From a virus (lineage: Duplodnaviria > Caudoviricetes): DNA of 64,000 nt. Shown here piece after piece: positions 26,484 to 38,637 of this stretch. The DNA lies in IMG/VR virus record IMGVR_UViG_3300032280_000651, positions 1-64,000 of that record; one strand, written 5' to 3'. Position 1 is the stretch's first letter; the number at the start of each line of letters is the position of its first letter. The notes below the pieces were generated by a model, which saw nothing but the letters and a program-made list of their open reading frames with translations, had not been told where the DNA came from and made no database searches. The position numbers were made by a program, and so were the translations under genes.

Positions 26484-26813
26484 ATGTGGGTAAAAATTGA
26501 CAATGAAGTTTTTCATGTCGAAGATATAAGTGTGCAATTATCCATTGCTAAACACGCAACTATTTATCTCGAATTAAATATTGAAAACAATCAACATTAC
26601 TATGCTTTCTTTGTAGATAAGTATGAAAACATCAAACGATTTACAATAGAACACCCTAAGTATATTGCTAAAAACTGTAAGATAAAAACTATTGATATAG
26701 TTTTCAATTCTAAACTAAATCTAAATATATTCTGTGAACATATTGATACAGACATATCTGAAAGAAGAGACTCAATCATTGAACAAATTTTAGAAGAAAA
26801 TAAAAAACTTTAA
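26484..26813 (+). CDS. Hypothetical protein
   Basis: C-terminal RRDSIIEQIL. Confidence 0.6.
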   Translation: MWVKIDNEVFHVEDISVQLSIAKHATIYLELNIENNQHYYAFFVDKYENIKRFTIEHPKYIAKNCKIKTIDIVFNSKLNLNIFCEHIDTDISERRDSIIEQILEENKKL

Positions 26814-26860
26814 CCAATTACCGAATATAAAACTTATTATAAATCTTAATTAAATAAATT

Positions 26861-28963
26861 ATGGAGATAAACAAACAATATCTAACAAAAACTCTTGATG
26901 TTAAAGCTTCTTTAGAGGATGATGACGATGAAGATTACAACAAATTTGGTGGTGCTGGTAAAAAATCCGATACTAAATCTAAAACTCCGGTATTAGATAC
27001 CTATAGTCGTGATTTAACCAAATACGCTGAAGAAGGTAAACTTGATCCTATTGTTGGTAGAGATAAAGAAATTGAAAGAGTTTCTCAAATTCTTTCACGT
27101 AGAAAGAAAAATAATCCTATCTTACTTGGTGAAGCCGGAGTTGGTAAATCTTCTATTGCAGAAGGATTAGCACTTAGAATCGCACAACGTAAAGTTAGTA
27201 GAATTCTTTTTGACAAAAGAGTAGTTATGTTAGATCTAGCTTCTATGGTTGCTGGTACTAAATACCGTGGTCAATTTGAAGAAAGAATCAAAGCACTTAT
27301 GGCAGAAGTTGAAGATGATAAATCAATTATCCTTTTCATTGACGAGATTCACACTATGATTGGTGCAGGTGGTTCAAGTGGTTCTATGGATGCTTCTAAT
27401 ATGTTCAAACCTGCTTTAGCTAGAGGTGAGATACAAATTATCGGTGCAACAACACTTGATGAATATAGAAAACACGTTGAAAAAGATGCTGCTTTAGAAA
27501 GACGTTTTCAAAAAGTCACTATCGAACCTGCTACACCAGAAGAAACTATACAAATCTTAACAAACATAAAAGATAAGTATGAGTCTCACCACAATGTAAC
27601 CTATACTGATGAAGCTATCAAAGCTTGTGTTGATTTAACTGTTAGATATATGTCTGACAGACACTTACCAGATAAAGCTATTGATGCTTTAGATGAAGCT
27701 GGTGCAAGAGTACACATTTCTAACATTGTTGTACCACAAGAAATTACTGACATCGAACAGAAGATTGTGGACATCAAAGAAAAGAAAAATGATGTTATCA
27801 AACGTCAGAAGTATGAAGAAGCTGCTAAATTGAGAGACGTTGAAAAACAATTAAACATTCAATTAGAAACCGCTAAACAAAAGTGGGAAGAAGAAACTTT
27901 GAAAAACAGACAAATAGTAAGTGAAGATAATGTAGCTGAAGTTGTTTCAATGATGACTGGTATTCCAGTTCAGAAAGTAAATCAAAGTGAAAACAAAAAA
28001 CTTGCCAAAATGTATGATAACATTGCAGGTAAAGTTATTGGACAAGATGACGCTGTTAAGAAAATTATAAAATCTATCCAAAGAGGTAGAGTTGGTATGA
28101 AAGATCCAAACAAACCAATCTTTAGTGGTATCTTAATTGGTAACTCTGGAGTTGGTAAAACAGAATTGGCTAAACAATTAGCTAAGTATTTGTTTGAATC
28201 AGAAGATTCTTTAATCAGATTAGATATGTCTGAATATATGGATAAAATCTCATTATCAAGAATTCAAGGTGCTGCACCTGGATATGTTGGATATGATGAT
28301 GCGAATGTATTAGACAAAATCAGAAGAAAACCTTATTCAGTAATTCTTCTTGATGAGATTGAGAAAGCTCACGGAGATATATTCAACCTGTTCTTACAAA
28401 TGTTAGATGAAGGACATATTACAGATTCTCACGGTAGAAAAGTTAGTTTTAAAAACTGTGTAATCTTAATGACTTCAAATGTTGGTACTAAAACAGTTAA
28501 AGAATTTGGGGCAGGAGTTGGTTTCAATACCAAAACTAAAGAATCTAAAAAAGATGAAGACATCAAAGGTATCTTAGAGAAAGAATTGGCAAAGAAATTT
28601 GCTCCTGAATTTATCAACAGATTAGATGAAATCATTTACTTTAAAGATTTAGGTAAAGAAGAGATTATGAAAATCGTTGAGTTAGAGTTGAGAAAAACTT
28701 TAGCAAGAGGTTTAGAGATTGGATTTACTTTAGAAGTTTCTGACTCATTAAAAGAACATTTAGTTGAAATAGGATATGATCCTAAGTTTGGTGCTCGTCC
28801 TTTAAAAAGAGCTATTCAAAGAAGTATCGATGATGCAGTAACTGAGTTTATTATTGAAAGTGAACCAAAAGAAGGTACTACATTAGTACTTGATTATGAC
28901 GCTGAGAAAGAAGAAACAACAGTCAACTTGAAAAAGAGAAAGAAAATTAAAAAAGAAGAGTAA
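26861..28963 (+). CDS. clpC: ClpC-like AAA+ chaperone lacking the Clp_N domain
   Basis: Two Walker A motifs ([16 protein letters not shown]), UVR-type middle domain, GVGF ClpP-docking loop. Confidence 0.9.
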   Translation: MEINKQYLTKTLDVKASLEDDDDEDYNKFGGAGKKSDTKSKTPVLDTYSRDLTKYAEEGKLDPIVGRDKEIERVSQILSRRKKNNPILLGEAGVGKSSIAEGLALRIAQRKVSRILFDKRVVMLDLASMVAGTKYRGQFEERIKALMAEVEDDKSIILFIDEIHTMIGAGGSSGSMDASNMFKPALARGEIQIIGATTLDEYRKHVEKDAALERRFQKVTIEPATPEETIQILTNIKDKYESHHNVTYTDEAIKACVDLTVRYMSDRHLPDKAIDALDEAGARVHISNIVVPQEITDIEQKIVDIKEKKNDVIKRQKYEEAAKLRDVEKQLNIQLETAKQKWEEETLKNRQIVSEDNVAEVVSMMTGIPVQKVNQSENKKLAKMYDNIAGKVIGQDDAVKKIIKSIQRGRVGMKDPNKPIFSGILIGNSGVGKTELAKQLAKYLFESEDSLIRLDMSEYMDKISLSRIQGAAPGYVGYDDANVLDKIRRKPYSVILLDEIEKAHGDIFNLFLQMLDEGHITDSHGRKVSFKNCVILMTSNVGTKTVKEFGAGVGFNTKTKESKKDEDIKGILEKELAKKFAPEFINRLDEIIYFKDLGKEEIMKIVELELRKTLARGLEIGFTLEVSDSLKEHLVEIGYDPKFGARPLKRAIQRSIDDAVTEFIIESEPKEGTTLVLDYDAEKEETTVNLKKRKKIKKEE

Positions 28964-28993
28964 TACTCTTCTTTTTTTGTTTACTAGTTATTA

Positions 28994-29518
28994 TTAAATT
29001 GACTTTGCATTATGTGCTAATTTACCTTTGGATTTGTTTTCATAATCATCCCATTGAAATAAAACTTCACCATCAGCCATCTGATATAATGAGGTAGATT
29101 GTCCTCTAGAATCTTTTCCACCTTCAGCACTGTTATAAACATCTAAAGTACAAAATTTGCCAGGATTCTCATTGTAATATATTTTTCTTCTAAAACCATA
29201 AAAGGGAATTCTTAAAATTTCAATACAGTCAGCCGGTGCTATTATACTGAAGCTTTGACAAATTTGACCAGACCACTTCATTATACCATATACTTCTTTA
29301 CAGTTTTCTTCTTTAACCTTCTGAATAGCATCTTCTCTCATCTTATTAGTATCATCTGACGATGATACGTCTTTTGATATGAATTTGAATCCTTTCAACA
29401 TATTTTCAATCTTTTTAGCTTGTTCAACCATTTTAGGACTTTCATCCCTCATTTTGTTATCAGTAGCATAATCTATATCCATTTCTTCAAAAATTTTGAA
29501 TGACTTTAAGTACTTCAT
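28994..29518 (-). CDS. Hypothetical protein
   Basis: N-terminus MKYLKSFKIFE; TATATA motif upstream. Confidence 0.6.
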   Translation of the reverse strand: MKYLKSFKIFEEMDIDYATDNKMRDESPKMVEQAKKIENMLKGFKFISKDVSSSDDTNKMREDAIQKVKEENCKEVYGIMKWSGQICQSFSIIAPADCIEILRIPFYGFRRKIYYNENPGKFCTLDVYNSAEGGKDSRGQSTSLYQMADGEVLFQWDDYENKSKGKLAHNAKSI

Positions 29519-29597
29519 AATAATTTAATTTTTTTTTATAATCTATATATTAAAACAAAAACATCATTTTCTATATAAATAAAAAATAATTTTGTAT

Positions 29598-30518
29598 ATG
29601 CAAAAAGACTCAAAAATATTTATAGCCGGTCACAAAGGTATGGTCGGTTCTGCTATACATAGAAAACTAACCGAACTAGGTTATACTAATATAATAACTG
29701 CTACAAAAGAAGAATTAAATTTAAAAAATCAAGAAGACGTTAGAAACTTTTTCTGGCATCATTCTTTTGAATATGTCTTCTTATGTGCTGCCAAAGTTGG
29801 TGGTATAAAAGCTAACTCTGACTTTAAAGGTGATTTTATCTATGATAATATAATGATACAATCTAACATCATTCACTCAGCTAAGATGTTTGGTGTTAAA
29901 AAATTACTTTTCTTAGGTTCATCTTGTATTTATCCTAAGTTATGTGAACAACCAATCAAAGAAGAATACTTACTTACAGGTTCATTAGAACCAACTAACG
30001 ATGCTTATGCAATTGCAAAGATTGCTGGTATTAAAATGTGTCAAAGTTTTAATGAACAGTATGGTACTAATTTTATTTCAGTTATGCCAACAAATCTTTA
30101 TGGTTATAATGATAACTATGATTTAAAAAACTCTCACGTTCTTCCTGCAATGATTAGAAAGTTTCACGAGGCTAAAATCAATAATGTACCACACGTAGAG
30201 ATATGGGGAGATGGAACTCCAATGAGAGAGTTTTTATTTGTTGACGATTTGGCAGAAGCTTGTTTACACTTAATGGAAAATTACAATGATTCTGAAATAG
30301 TAAACATTGGTACAGGAGAAGATATAACAATTAAAGATTTAGCTTACTTAGTCAAAGAAGTTGTTGGATTTGAAGGAAATATATTCTTTAATACACAGAT
30401 GCCAAATGGAACACCTAGAAAATTATTAGATGTTTCTAAACTAACAAACTTAGGTTGGCAGTACAAAACATCCCTTAGGGAGGGAATAGAAAAAACATAT
30501 AAAGATTATGTCAAATAA
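29598..30518 (+). CDS. fcl: GDP-L-fucose synthase
   Basis: [36 protein letters not shown]. Confidence 0.95.
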   Translation: MQKDSKIFIAGHKGMVGSAIHRKLTELGYTNIITATKEELNLKNQEDVRNFFWHHSFEYVFLCAAKVGGIKANSDFKGDFIYDNIMIQSNIIHSAKMFGVKKLLFLGSSCIYPKLCEQPIKEEYLLTGSLEPTNDAYAIAKIAGIKMCQSFNEQYGTNFISVMPTNLYGYNDNYDLKNSHVLPAMIRKFHEAKINNVPHVEIWGDGTPMREFLFVDDLAEACLHLMENYNDSEIVNIGTGEDITIKDLAYLVKEVVGFEGNIFFNTQMPNGTPRKLLDVSKLTNLGWQYKTSLREGIEKTYKDYVK

Positions 30519-31539
30519 AAAAGCACTTATAACCGGTATAACAGGACAAGACGGTTCCCATTTAGCAGAACTTCTTTTAGAGAAAGGTTATGAAGTACAC
30601 GGTATTATTAGAAGATGTTCTTCATTTAATACTGATCGTATCGATCATATATACGATAGAATAAAATTACATTATGGAGATTTAACTGATCCACTAGTTA
30701 TGTCAAACTTAATCAGTTCGATTCAACCAGATGAAGTTTATAACTTAGGTGCTCAGTCACACGTTAGAGTTTCATTTGAAATACCTTACTATACAGCACA
30801 AGTTGATGGATTAGGTACACTAGCAGTTTTAGAAGCTGTAAAAAACCACTGTCCTAAAGCAAGAGTATATCAAGCTTCTACTTCTGAATTATATGGTGGT
30901 ATGTCTTATAATATGCCTGTAACCGGATATACAGAAGAATCTGTAATGCATCCACGTTCACCTTATGGATGTGCTAAGATGTATGGTCTTTGGATAACAA
31001 AGAACTATAGAGAATCTTATGGGATGCACATTAGTAATGGAATACTTTTTAATCACGAAGGTGAAAGAAGAGGTGAAACATTTGTTACGAGAAAAGTAAC
31101 AATGGCTTTAGGAGTTATTAAAAATTACTTAGATCATAGAAGATTTGACTTCCCTACGTTAAAATTAGGTAACCTTTATTCTAAAAGAGATTGGGGTTAT
31201 GCTAAGGATTATGTTTATGGTATGTGGTTAATGACACAACAAGACGTACCAGACGATTATGTTTTAGCAACCAATGAAACACACTCAATCAAAGAATTCG
31301 TTAATCTAGCGGCTTTAGAATGTGGAATGGAACTGAAATGGGTTGGCGAAGGAGTAAATGAAAAAGCTTATTATGAAGGCAATGTAATTGTTGAGATTGA
31401 TGAGAGATACTATAGACCAGCAGAAGTTGATGTACTTTTAGGAGACTACACAAAAGCTAAAGAAAAGCTAGGTTGGGAACCAAAGGTCGACTTTGAAAAT
31501 TTAGTTAAAATTATGATGAATCATGATATAAAAAATTAA
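30508..31539 (+). CDS. gmd: GDP-mannose 4,6-dehydratase
   Basis: [33 protein letters not shown]. Confidence 0.95.
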   Translation: MSNKKALITGITGQDGSHLAELLLEKGYEVHGIIRRCSSFNTDRIDHIYDRIKLHYGDLTDPLVMSNLISSIQPDEVYNLGAQSHVRVSFEIPYYTAQVDGLGTLAVLEAVKNHCPKARVYQASTSELYGGMSYNMPVTGYTEESVMHPRSPYGCAKMYGLWITKNYRESYGMHISNGILFNHEGERRGETFVTRKVTMALGVIKNYLDHRRFDFPTLKLGNLYSKRDWGYAKDYVYGMWLMTQQDVPDDYVLATNETHSIKEFVNLAALECGMELKWVGEGVNEKAYYEGNVIVEIDERYYRPAEVDVLLGDYTKAKEKLGWEPKVDFENLVKIMMNHDIKN

Positions 31540-31550
31540 CAAACTCCTTA

Positions 31551-32378
31551 ATGAAAAGAAAAATTAAAATTGACTTCTCAGATTTCTGGGGAGGATTTGA
31601 CAAAACAAATAACTACTTCTATAATCTTCTTAAAGATGAATTTGATGTAGTTATTACAGAAAATCCAGATTACCTATTCTTTTCTATTTTTGGTAATAAA
31701 CACTTAAACTATAAATGTAAGAAAATATTCTATACTGGTGAGAACATAGCACCACCTTTACATTATTGTGATTATTCTTTCTCATTTGATTATTTAGATG
31801 ATGAAAGAAATTATAGACTACCACATTATTTATTGTATGATGGTTACTATGAACTACAAAGACCTAAGATCATTGATGAAATTTTAGCTAAACGTAAGTT
31901 TTGTAACTTTGTTGTTTCTAACAATGGTTGTCAAGAAAGAAATAACTTTTATACTGAACTATCTAAATATAAAAAAGTTGATTCTGGTGGTAGATTTGCT
32001 AATAATATAGGATATGCAGTTGATAATAAAGTAAAGTTTCAATCTGAATATAAGTTCTCGATTGCGTTTGAAAACAATGCTTACCGACCTCAACATCCTG
32101 GTTATACAACCGAAAAGATAATGGAACCAATGACGGTCAACTCTATTCCAATCTATTGGGGAAATCCAGATATAGGAAAAGAATTTAATACTAAATCATT
32201 CATCAATGTATATGATTTTGACTCTATTGATAGTGTCATAAATTATATTGAATACCTTGATAATAATGATAAAAAATATCTGGAACTGTTAAACCAACCT
32301 TGGTTTACTGACTATAATATACCAGAAAATAATAAGATTGAAAATATAAAATCATTCTTATATAAAATATTTGAATAA
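31551..32378 (+). CDS. Alpha-1,3-fucosyltransferase (GT10)
   Basis: YKFSIAFEN...YTTEKI...IPIYWG. Confidence 0.9.
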   Translation: MKRKIKIDFSDFWGGFDKTNNYFYNLLKDEFDVVITENPDYLFFSIFGNKHLNYKCKKIFYTGENIAPPLHYCDYSFSFDYLDDERNYRLPHYLLYDGYYELQRPKIIDEILAKRKFCNFVVSNNGCQERNNFYTELSKYKKVDSGGRFANNIGYAVDNKVKFQSEYKFSIAFENNAYRPQHPGYTTEKIMEPMTVNSIPIYWGNPDIGKEFNTKSFINVYDFDSIDSVINYIEYLDNNDKKYLELLNQPWFTDYNIPENNKIENIKSFLYKIFE

Positions 32379-33189
32379 AAAAGTGAAATATACAATAGGA
32401 ATAACAACTTTTGAACATAGATTTGAAAAATACTTTAAACCACTAATTAAACAGATTAAATCTGTAAAACCAGATTTAGAAGTTATAGTTTATATAAATG
32501 CCCAGTACGGTACTGGACTAAATGAAAATTATCGAAAAGACATATTAAAGTTTATTTCAGAGTACGATAATATATATCCACTAATTACACCTCACTTTAA
32601 AGGTTTATCAAAAATGTGGAATAACATAATTATACATTCTTCAAATAACAATGTACTTGTAATGAATGATGATATATCGATAGAACCTACATTCTTCACA
32701 CAAATAGAAGAAGTTTTTAAACAAACAACCTCATCTTTTAGAATAAACAATTCTTTTAGCCACTTTCATGTAAATCGAGAGGAAGTATTTGAAGTTGGAT
32801 TCTTTGACGAACGACTAATAGGTTTAGGTGAAGAAGATGGTGATTGGTGTTTTAGATGGGAAAGAAAATATCAAAAAAATCTACCATCATTAAATACACC
32901 TTTTGTAAAATCTTTCTACTATGTACTAGACGAAAATAATTCAGAAGGTATGGAAAAAGATACTACACATTCTAAATATACACCTTGGAATGCAAGATGG
33001 ATATTTAAAAACAAATATGATCCTGAAAATACTGAATTGGCACTTAAGCAAGGATTTCCTGCAGATGGACGTGGTGGTATGTATGGTAAACCAGTTGCAA
33101 TGAGAGAAGATAGTATTGAACTAGATTTCTATCCTGCTGAAAAATTCTTTTGGGAGCATATACATGAACTAAAAGAATTAAAAAAATAA
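32371..33189 (+). CDS. GT-A fold glycosyltransferase (GT2-like)
   Basis: VMNDD; VGFFDERL...GEEDGD. Confidence 0.75.
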   Translation: MNKKVKYTIGITTFEHRFEKYFKPLIKQIKSVKPDLEVIVYINAQYGTGLNENYRKDILKFISEYDNIYPLITPHFKGLSKMWNNIIIHSSNNNVLVMNDDISIEPTFFTQIEEVFKQTTSSFRINNSFSHFHVNREEVFEVGFFDERLIGLGEEDGDWCFRWERKYQKNLPSLNTPFVKSFYYVLDENNSEGMEKDTTHSKYTPWNARWIFKNKYDPENTELALKQGFPADGRGGMYGKPVAMREDSIELDFYPAEKFFWEHIHELKELKK

Positions 33190-33902
33190 TGAAAAAGAAT
33201 ATAATAGTATTTAGTTTATGGGGTGATCATCCAATGTATTGGAAAGGAGCACTTAGAAACATAGAGCTTGCCAAAATTAATTATCCAAAATTTATATGTA
33301 GATTCTACATAGATAAAAATTGTAATAACGAACTAATTGAATCTATTAAAGGTGATAATGTTGAAGTTATATTAATGGAACCAGAAACATATGAATATTC
33401 TAATATGAGTGTTCGTTTTAATCATAGTGGACTATTTTGGAGATTTCTTCCACTAAAAGAAAAAGATGTTAATGTTATCTTATTTAGAGATTGTGATTCC
33501 AGAATATCTGAAAGAGAAGTTAGTGCAGTAAATGAATGGTTAAGTAGTGATAAAGATTTTCACATAATGAGAGATCATCCTTATCATCCTTGGCCAATAT
33601 TGACTGGAATGTGGGGATGTAGAAACAATAAAATACCAAATATTGATGATTTATTGTTAAAATGGAAGAAACATACTCCAAAGGGAATTTATCAGGCAGA
33701 AGACCAAGATTTCTTAGGACAATTTATATATCCAATAACAATCAATAATTCTGTTGAACATTCTGAGTTTGGTATAAAATTTGGATCAGATACCAAACTT
33801 TTTCCAACAACAAGAAATGATTATGAGTTTGTAGGTGATGTTTTTGATGAAAATGATGTAAGACATCCAGATTATTGGAAGTTAATAAAAAAACATGAAT
33901 AA
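33189..33902 (+). CDS. Putative glycosyltransferase
   Basis: FWRFLP, FRDCDSR, HIMRDHP, DQDFL. Confidence 0.6.
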   Translation: MKKNIIVFSLWGDHPMYWKGALRNIELAKINYPKFICRFYIDKNCNNELIESIKGDNVEVILMEPETYEYSNMSVRFNHSGLFWRFLPLKEKDVNVILFRDCDSRISEREVSAVNEWLSSDKDFHIMRDHPYHPWPILTGMWGCRNNKIPNIDDLLLKWKKHTPKGIYQAEDQDFLGQFIYPITINNSVEHSEFGIKFGSDTKLFPTTRNDYEFVGDVFDENDVRHPDYWKLIKKHE

Positions 33903-33923
33903 TAAAAAAAAATAAATTTACAA

Positions 33924-34928
33924 GTGAAAAAAGTTTTAATAACAGGAGTTGCAGGTCTACTTGGATCTAGGCTAGCAGATTGGATAATAGAAAATAAACC
34001 CGAATATAAAGTTGTTGGTATTGATGATTTAAGTGGTGGATATAAAGAAAATATAAATACCAAAGTTGATTTTTGGAATATAAATATAATTGATTCTAAA
34101 AATAATATTGAAAAGTGTTTTTCTGAAAATAAATTTGATTATGTATTTCATTTTGCAGCATATGCTGCTGAAGGACTATCACCTTTTATAAGAACATATA
34201 ACTATGATAATAATTTAAAAGCTACTGCTAGAATTGTAAATGAATGTATAAAAAATGATATTAAAAGATTAATATTTACCTCTACTCTGGCGGTTTATGG
34301 TCACGGATATGGTGTAGTATTTGATGAAAAACAAATACCAAAACCTATTGACCCTTATGGTGTTGCTAAATACGCATGTGAGATGGATATACAAATTGCC
34401 GGAGAACAACATGGACTAGACTGGTGTATTATTAGGCCTCATAATGTTTATGGTGTAAATCAAAATATTTGGGATAAATATAGAAATGTTTTAGGTATTT
34501 GGATGTATCAATATCTAAATAATGAACCAATGACTATATTTGGTGATGGACTACAAACAAGAGCATTTAGTTTTATTGATGATTCACTGGAACCTTTGTG
34601 GAATTCCGCTGTTTTATCAGATGCATCTAAACAAATTATAAATTTAGGTGGTATTGAGGAGTATTCTATAAATGATGCTAATAAAATTCTTTGTAAAATA
34701 ATTGATAAAGATATAAAAGTTGATTATAAAGAAGGTAGACATGAAGTTAAACATTCAATACCTACCTATCAAAAATCAATCGATATATTGAAATTTCAAC
34801 ATAAAACATCACTAGAAGACGGCCTAAAACTAATGTGGGATTGGGCAAAAAAACAACCAACTAGATCAAGATTTATTTGGGAAAACTATGAACTAGATAA
34901 TGGTATTTACTCTTTCTGGAAAAATTAA
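33924..34928 (+). CDS. NAD-dependent epimerase/dehydratase
   Basis: ITGVAGLLG; YGVAK. Confidence 0.9.
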   Translation: MKKVLITGVAGLLGSRLADWIIENKPEYKVVGIDDLSGGYKENINTKVDFWNINIIDSKNNIEKCFSENKFDYVFHFAAYAAEGLSPFIRTYNYDNNLKATARIVNECIKNDIKRLIFTSTLAVYGHGYGVVFDEKQIPKPIDPYGVAKYACEMDIQIAGEQHGLDWCIIRPHNVYGVNQNIWDKYRNVLGIWMYQYLNNEPMTIFGDGLQTRAFSFIDDSLEPLWNSAVLSDASKQIINLGGIEEYSINDANKILCKIIDKDIKVDYKEGRHEVKHSIPTYQKSIDILKFQHKTSLEDGLKLMWDWAKKQPTRSRFIWENYELDNGIYSFWKN

Positions 34929-34984
34929 GACATCCAGACTACTGGAAAATAATAAAAAATATAAATAAAAAATAACAAATAAGA

Positions 34985-35758
34985 ATGGAAAATGATAAAC
35001 TTTCAATTGGTCTTATGACATCAACCAACCTTAGTAATAGATACAATGTTTGTAAATCAACATGGATTAAAGATTTTGACAACACATATCTATTTGGTGG
35101 GTATATAAAAGACCCAAACCTAATAATGATAGAGTCGGCCGGAGAAGATTGGGAAAGCTGTTTTCTTAAACAGCAATTAGGTTTAAAATATATGTATGAA
35201 CAAAACCCAAATAATGATTGGTATAACATAAGTGGATGTGACAACGTTTTATATAAATCAAATATAGTTAAATATCTATCAAATTTTAATCCAGATGAGG
35301 ATTTACTAATTGGTCAAGCAGGTGACGTATGGGTAGATATACCACATCTATATAAACCAGATAACTTAAATTTGAATAATAAATATTATAGGTCTAAAAC
35401 AGTCGGTAATGTGAATGGGTGTGTTTCATTTCAGATGTTATGTGGTGGAGCTACTTTTTTTATAAGCCGATCACTAATGTCAAAGCTATATCAACATATA
35501 GAAAAATTCAATATAGAGTGGAAAAGTATATCTGGTCACTATTATGGGTCAGCAGATCTGGCACTATCATACATGGCGAAGAAGTACTGTGGAGTTGATT
35601 TAACACACTCTAACTATATGTTTAGTCAACCACCGACACACTATGAATTAGAAAGAGATATGTATGATTATGATGTTGTGGAGTGTGGAAAAAATCCATT
35701 ATCATATCACTATATAAAACCAGATGAAATGAAAGAAATATATGATAGATATAAATAA
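34985..35758 (+). CDS. Fringe/GT31-like glycosyltransferase
   Basis: GCDN, CGGA, ADL and SYHY in GT31-like spacing. Confidence 0.55.
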   Translation: MENDKLSIGLMTSTNLSNRYNVCKSTWIKDFDNTYLFGGYIKDPNLIMIESAGEDWESCFLKQQLGLKYMYEQNPNNDWYNISGCDNVLYKSNIVKYLSNFNPDEDLLIGQAGDVWVDIPHLYKPDNLNLNNKYYRSKTVGNVNGCVSFQMLCGGATFFISRSLMSKLYQHIEKFNIEWKSISGHYYGSADLALSYMAKKYCGVDLTHSNYMFSQPPTHYELERDMYDYDVVECGKNPLSYHYIKPDEMKEIYDRYK

Positions 35759-36437
35759 TATAGGAGTAGTATTACAGGGACCACTATATAATGATGATTT
35801 CACTAATAAAATTATTGAAAAGTATAGTTGTATTAAAAATAATTGCGTTATATCTACTTGGTCTAATGAAAATTATAGTCTCATACAAAAATTAAATAGT
35901 TGTGGTTTTAAAGTTTTAGTTGATGACCAACCTGAATTTACTGGTAATCACAATTGTAATTTACAAACAAAATCATCTATTAATGGTATTAATTACTTAT
36001 CTGGATTCTCACACATACTAAGAATGAGAACAGACCTGATACCAAATGATGTAATTAAATTCGTTGATGTTTTATCTAAAATAACGAAGGATAAAATAAT
36101 TTTACTTTGTTGGATAGATGGATCTGATATTAATTATTTTGCTGACTTTTTTACTTTTGGACCAATTGATAGTTCTAAAAGATTCTGGAATGTTCAACAA
36201 GATAAATCTGAATCTGAAATGTTTACAGAACAATACCTATGCTACAAATATACTGGAATTAAATATCCAAAATATCTTGATATAAAAGATTTATTCTCAT
36301 TTTCAATAAATGAGTTACACAATGAAAATATTGAGCTCAATTGGATAAAACCTGGTAGAGATTGGGGTGATCATATTAAAAGATATATGTTTAGCACAAA
36401 TAATGATATATTTAAGTTTTATGTTAATGAGCCATAA
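35742..36437 (+). CDS. WavE-like polysaccharide synthesis protein
   Basis: VVLQGP, ISTW, LRMRTD. Confidence 0.55.
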   Translation: MIDINNIGVVLQGPLYNDDFTNKIIEKYSCIKNNCVISTWSNENYSLIQKLNSCGFKVLVDDQPEFTGNHNCNLQTKSSINGINYLSGFSHILRMRTDLIPNDVIKFVDVLSKITKDKIILLCWIDGSDINYFADFFTFGPIDSSKRFWNVQQDKSESEMFTEQYLCYKYTGIKYPKYLDIKDLFSFSINELHNENIELNWIKPGRDWGDHIKRYMFSTNNDIFKFYVNEP

Positions 36438-36481
36438 ACTTATAGTAAATATAAAATATAATATAAAAAAAAACATATAAA

Positions 36482-37585
36482 ATGAATATAGTAATTCCAA
36501 TGGCCGGACTAGGCCAAAGATTTAAAATAGAAGGTTTTACAGAAGAAAAACCATTGATTGAATTAATGGGTAAATCTTTAATAGAACATTCGATTGAATC
36601 ACTTAATATAGAAGGAAACTTTATATTTGTCACTAGAAAATATAGTGATAGTACAAGTAATGATAAACTATCTGAAATATTAAAACGACTTAAACCAAAT
36701 TCAATAGAGATACAACTTACCGATTTTACATCTGGTTCTGTAGAAACTGCATTAGCAGCATCTCACTTAATAAATAATGATGAAGAGCTTATAATAACAA
36801 ATTGTGATCAAAGACTTGAGTGGGATAGTGAGGAATTTATTACTTTTATAAATAACGATAGTATCGATGGATGTGTCGTAACATTTGATTCTGATAATCC
36901 AAAAAATAGCTTTGCAGAAATTGCGGAAGATGGATTTGTTACCAGATTTGTAGAAAAAGAAGCTATATCACGTAATGCACTTATAGGTCTTCACTATTGG
37001 AGAAAAGGATCGGATTTTGTTGAATCAGCTGAGAAACTATTCAAGATTTTTAAATCACAAGGTAAAAAAGAATGTTATATATCCGAGTCATATAATTTTT
37101 TGATCGAGAATAAAAAGAAAATTAAGTGTTATGAAATTCATAATAATGAATTTATATCTTTAGGTACACCATATGATTTGAGTATATTTCAAGCAAAAAT
37201 TAAAGAGTTTTATATTGAAAAACCAAAAACAATATTTTGTGATATTGATGGAACAATATTATCACACTTACATAGATTTAGTGATGTTGCATCACAAGAT
37301 CCGAAAATTTTGGAAAATGTTTTGAATAAATTTAATGAATGGGATTCACAAGGTAATAAAATAATTTTATGTACTGCAAGAAAAGAATCTGCTCGTGAGA
37401 TAACAGAAAGACATTTAAAAGATTTAGGTCTTTGTTGGGATCAACTAATAATGGGTTTAACAAGTGGACCAAGAGTATTGATAAATGATAAGTTAAATAA
37501 AATGGATCCCGATAGATCTATTTCAATAAATCTAACTACCAATGAAGGATTTGGAAAATTAGATTGGAAAAAATATAAATTATAA
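36482..37585 (+). CDS. Sugar nucleotidyltransferase fused to a HAD phosphatase
   Basis: IVIPMAGLGQRF...KPLI; C-terminal FCDIDGTI. Confidence 0.8.
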   Translation: MNIVIPMAGLGQRFKIEGFTEEKPLIELMGKSLIEHSIESLNIEGNFIFVTRKYSDSTSNDKLSEILKRLKPNSIEIQLTDFTSGSVETALAASHLINNDEELIITNCDQRLEWDSEEFITFINNDSIDGCVVTFDSDNPKNSFAEIAEDGFVTRFVEKEAISRNALIGLHYWRKGSDFVESAEKLFKIFKSQGKKECYISESYNFLIENKKKIKCYEIHNNEFISLGTPYDLSIFQAKIKEFYIEKPKTIFCDIDGTILSHLHRFSDVASQDPKILENVLNKFNEWDSQGNKIILCTARKESAREITERHLKDLGLCWDQLIMGLTSGPRVLINDKLNKMDPDRSISINLTTNEGFGKLDWKKYKL

Positions 37586-37586
37586 A

Positions 37587-37913
37587 ATGAAAATATCTAA
37601 AATAGATGATATGATAGGTGGTTGGTTTGTAGGCAATTTTGAACCGTCTGCATTTAAAACTGAAAACTTTGAGGTATCATACAAAAAACATTATAAAGGT
37701 GAGAAATGGGATATTCATTATCATCACACGGTAACAGAAATAAATCTCTTAATTCGAGGTAAACTAAAGATGCAAGGTAAAATTCTTGAGGATGGTGATA
37801 TTTTTTTATTAGAGCCTTATGAGATAGCAGACCCTATATTCTTAGAAGATTGTGATATAATATGCGTAAAAACACCCTCTATGAACGATAAAATAATTTT
37901 AAAAAATGAATGA
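37587..37913 (+). CDS. Cupin-fold protein
   Basis: GWFVGNF; HYHHTVTEINLL. Confidence 0.65.
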   Translation: MKISKIDDMIGGWFVGNFEPSAFKTENFEVSYKKHYKGEKWDIHYHHTVTEINLLIRGKLKMQGKILEDGDIFLLEPYEIADPIFLEDCDIICVKTPSMNDKIILKNE

Positions 37914-38637
37914 TAATCTAAAATCTAGACTACAAAAAAATGGATTAGTTTCAGAAAGAGTTGTATATTTAGTAGATAAATATGATCTTTCTTCAATAAA
38001 TGAAATACTAGATATTGGTTCTTGGCACTTAGGCCAAGCAATAGAGTTATATCAACTTTTTCCAGATGCCAAAGTATCTGCATTTGAACCTGTTCCTGAA
38101 TCATATAATCTTTGTCTACAGAATAGAAATAGTTATGGAATAGATGATTCAAAAATATCTGTATTTAATGTTGCATTATCTGATGTTATTGGAGAAGTTA
38201 AATTCTATGCAGTAGATCCTACGACAAGTTCTAGTCCAAATATAGGTGCGTCATCACTATTGAAATTCATAGATGGATTAAATGGTAGTTTTTTCTCACA
38301 AACCTGGAATCAAAAAGAAATACTAGTGGATTGTCTAACACTTGATAAGTGGTGTAATGACAATCAAAAAGATAGAATTGATTTAATATGGATGGATACT
38401 CAAGGAACTGAATTAAATGTTCTTAAAGGTGCAGAAAAAACTCTCAAAAATGTAAAGGTCATTCTTACTGAAGTTGGTTTAAAACCATATTATGAAGGAC
38501 ATTCTATGAAGAAAGAAATTGATGAATTTTTACTTGAGAGAGGATTTATTGAAATTGACGAATCATTTGAACTTAATGGTTTTGACTATGAAGCAAATAC
38601 AATATATGTAAATGAGAATAATTTCACACAGAGGTAA
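37906..38637 (+). CDS. FkbM family methyltransferase
   Basis: LDIGS, AFEP, MDTQGTE. Confidence 0.85.
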   Translation: MNDNLKSRLQKNGLVSERVVYLVDKYDLSSINEILDIGSWHLGQAIELYQLFPDAKVSAFEPVPESYNLCLQNRNSYGIDDSKISVFNVALSDVIGEVKFYAVDPTTSSSPNIGASSLLKFIDGLNGSFFSQTWNQKEILVDCLTLDKWCNDNQKDRIDLIWMDTQGTELNVLKGAEKTLKNVKVILTEVGLKPYYEGHSMKKEIDEFLLERGFIEIDESFELNGFDYEANTIYVNENNFTQR

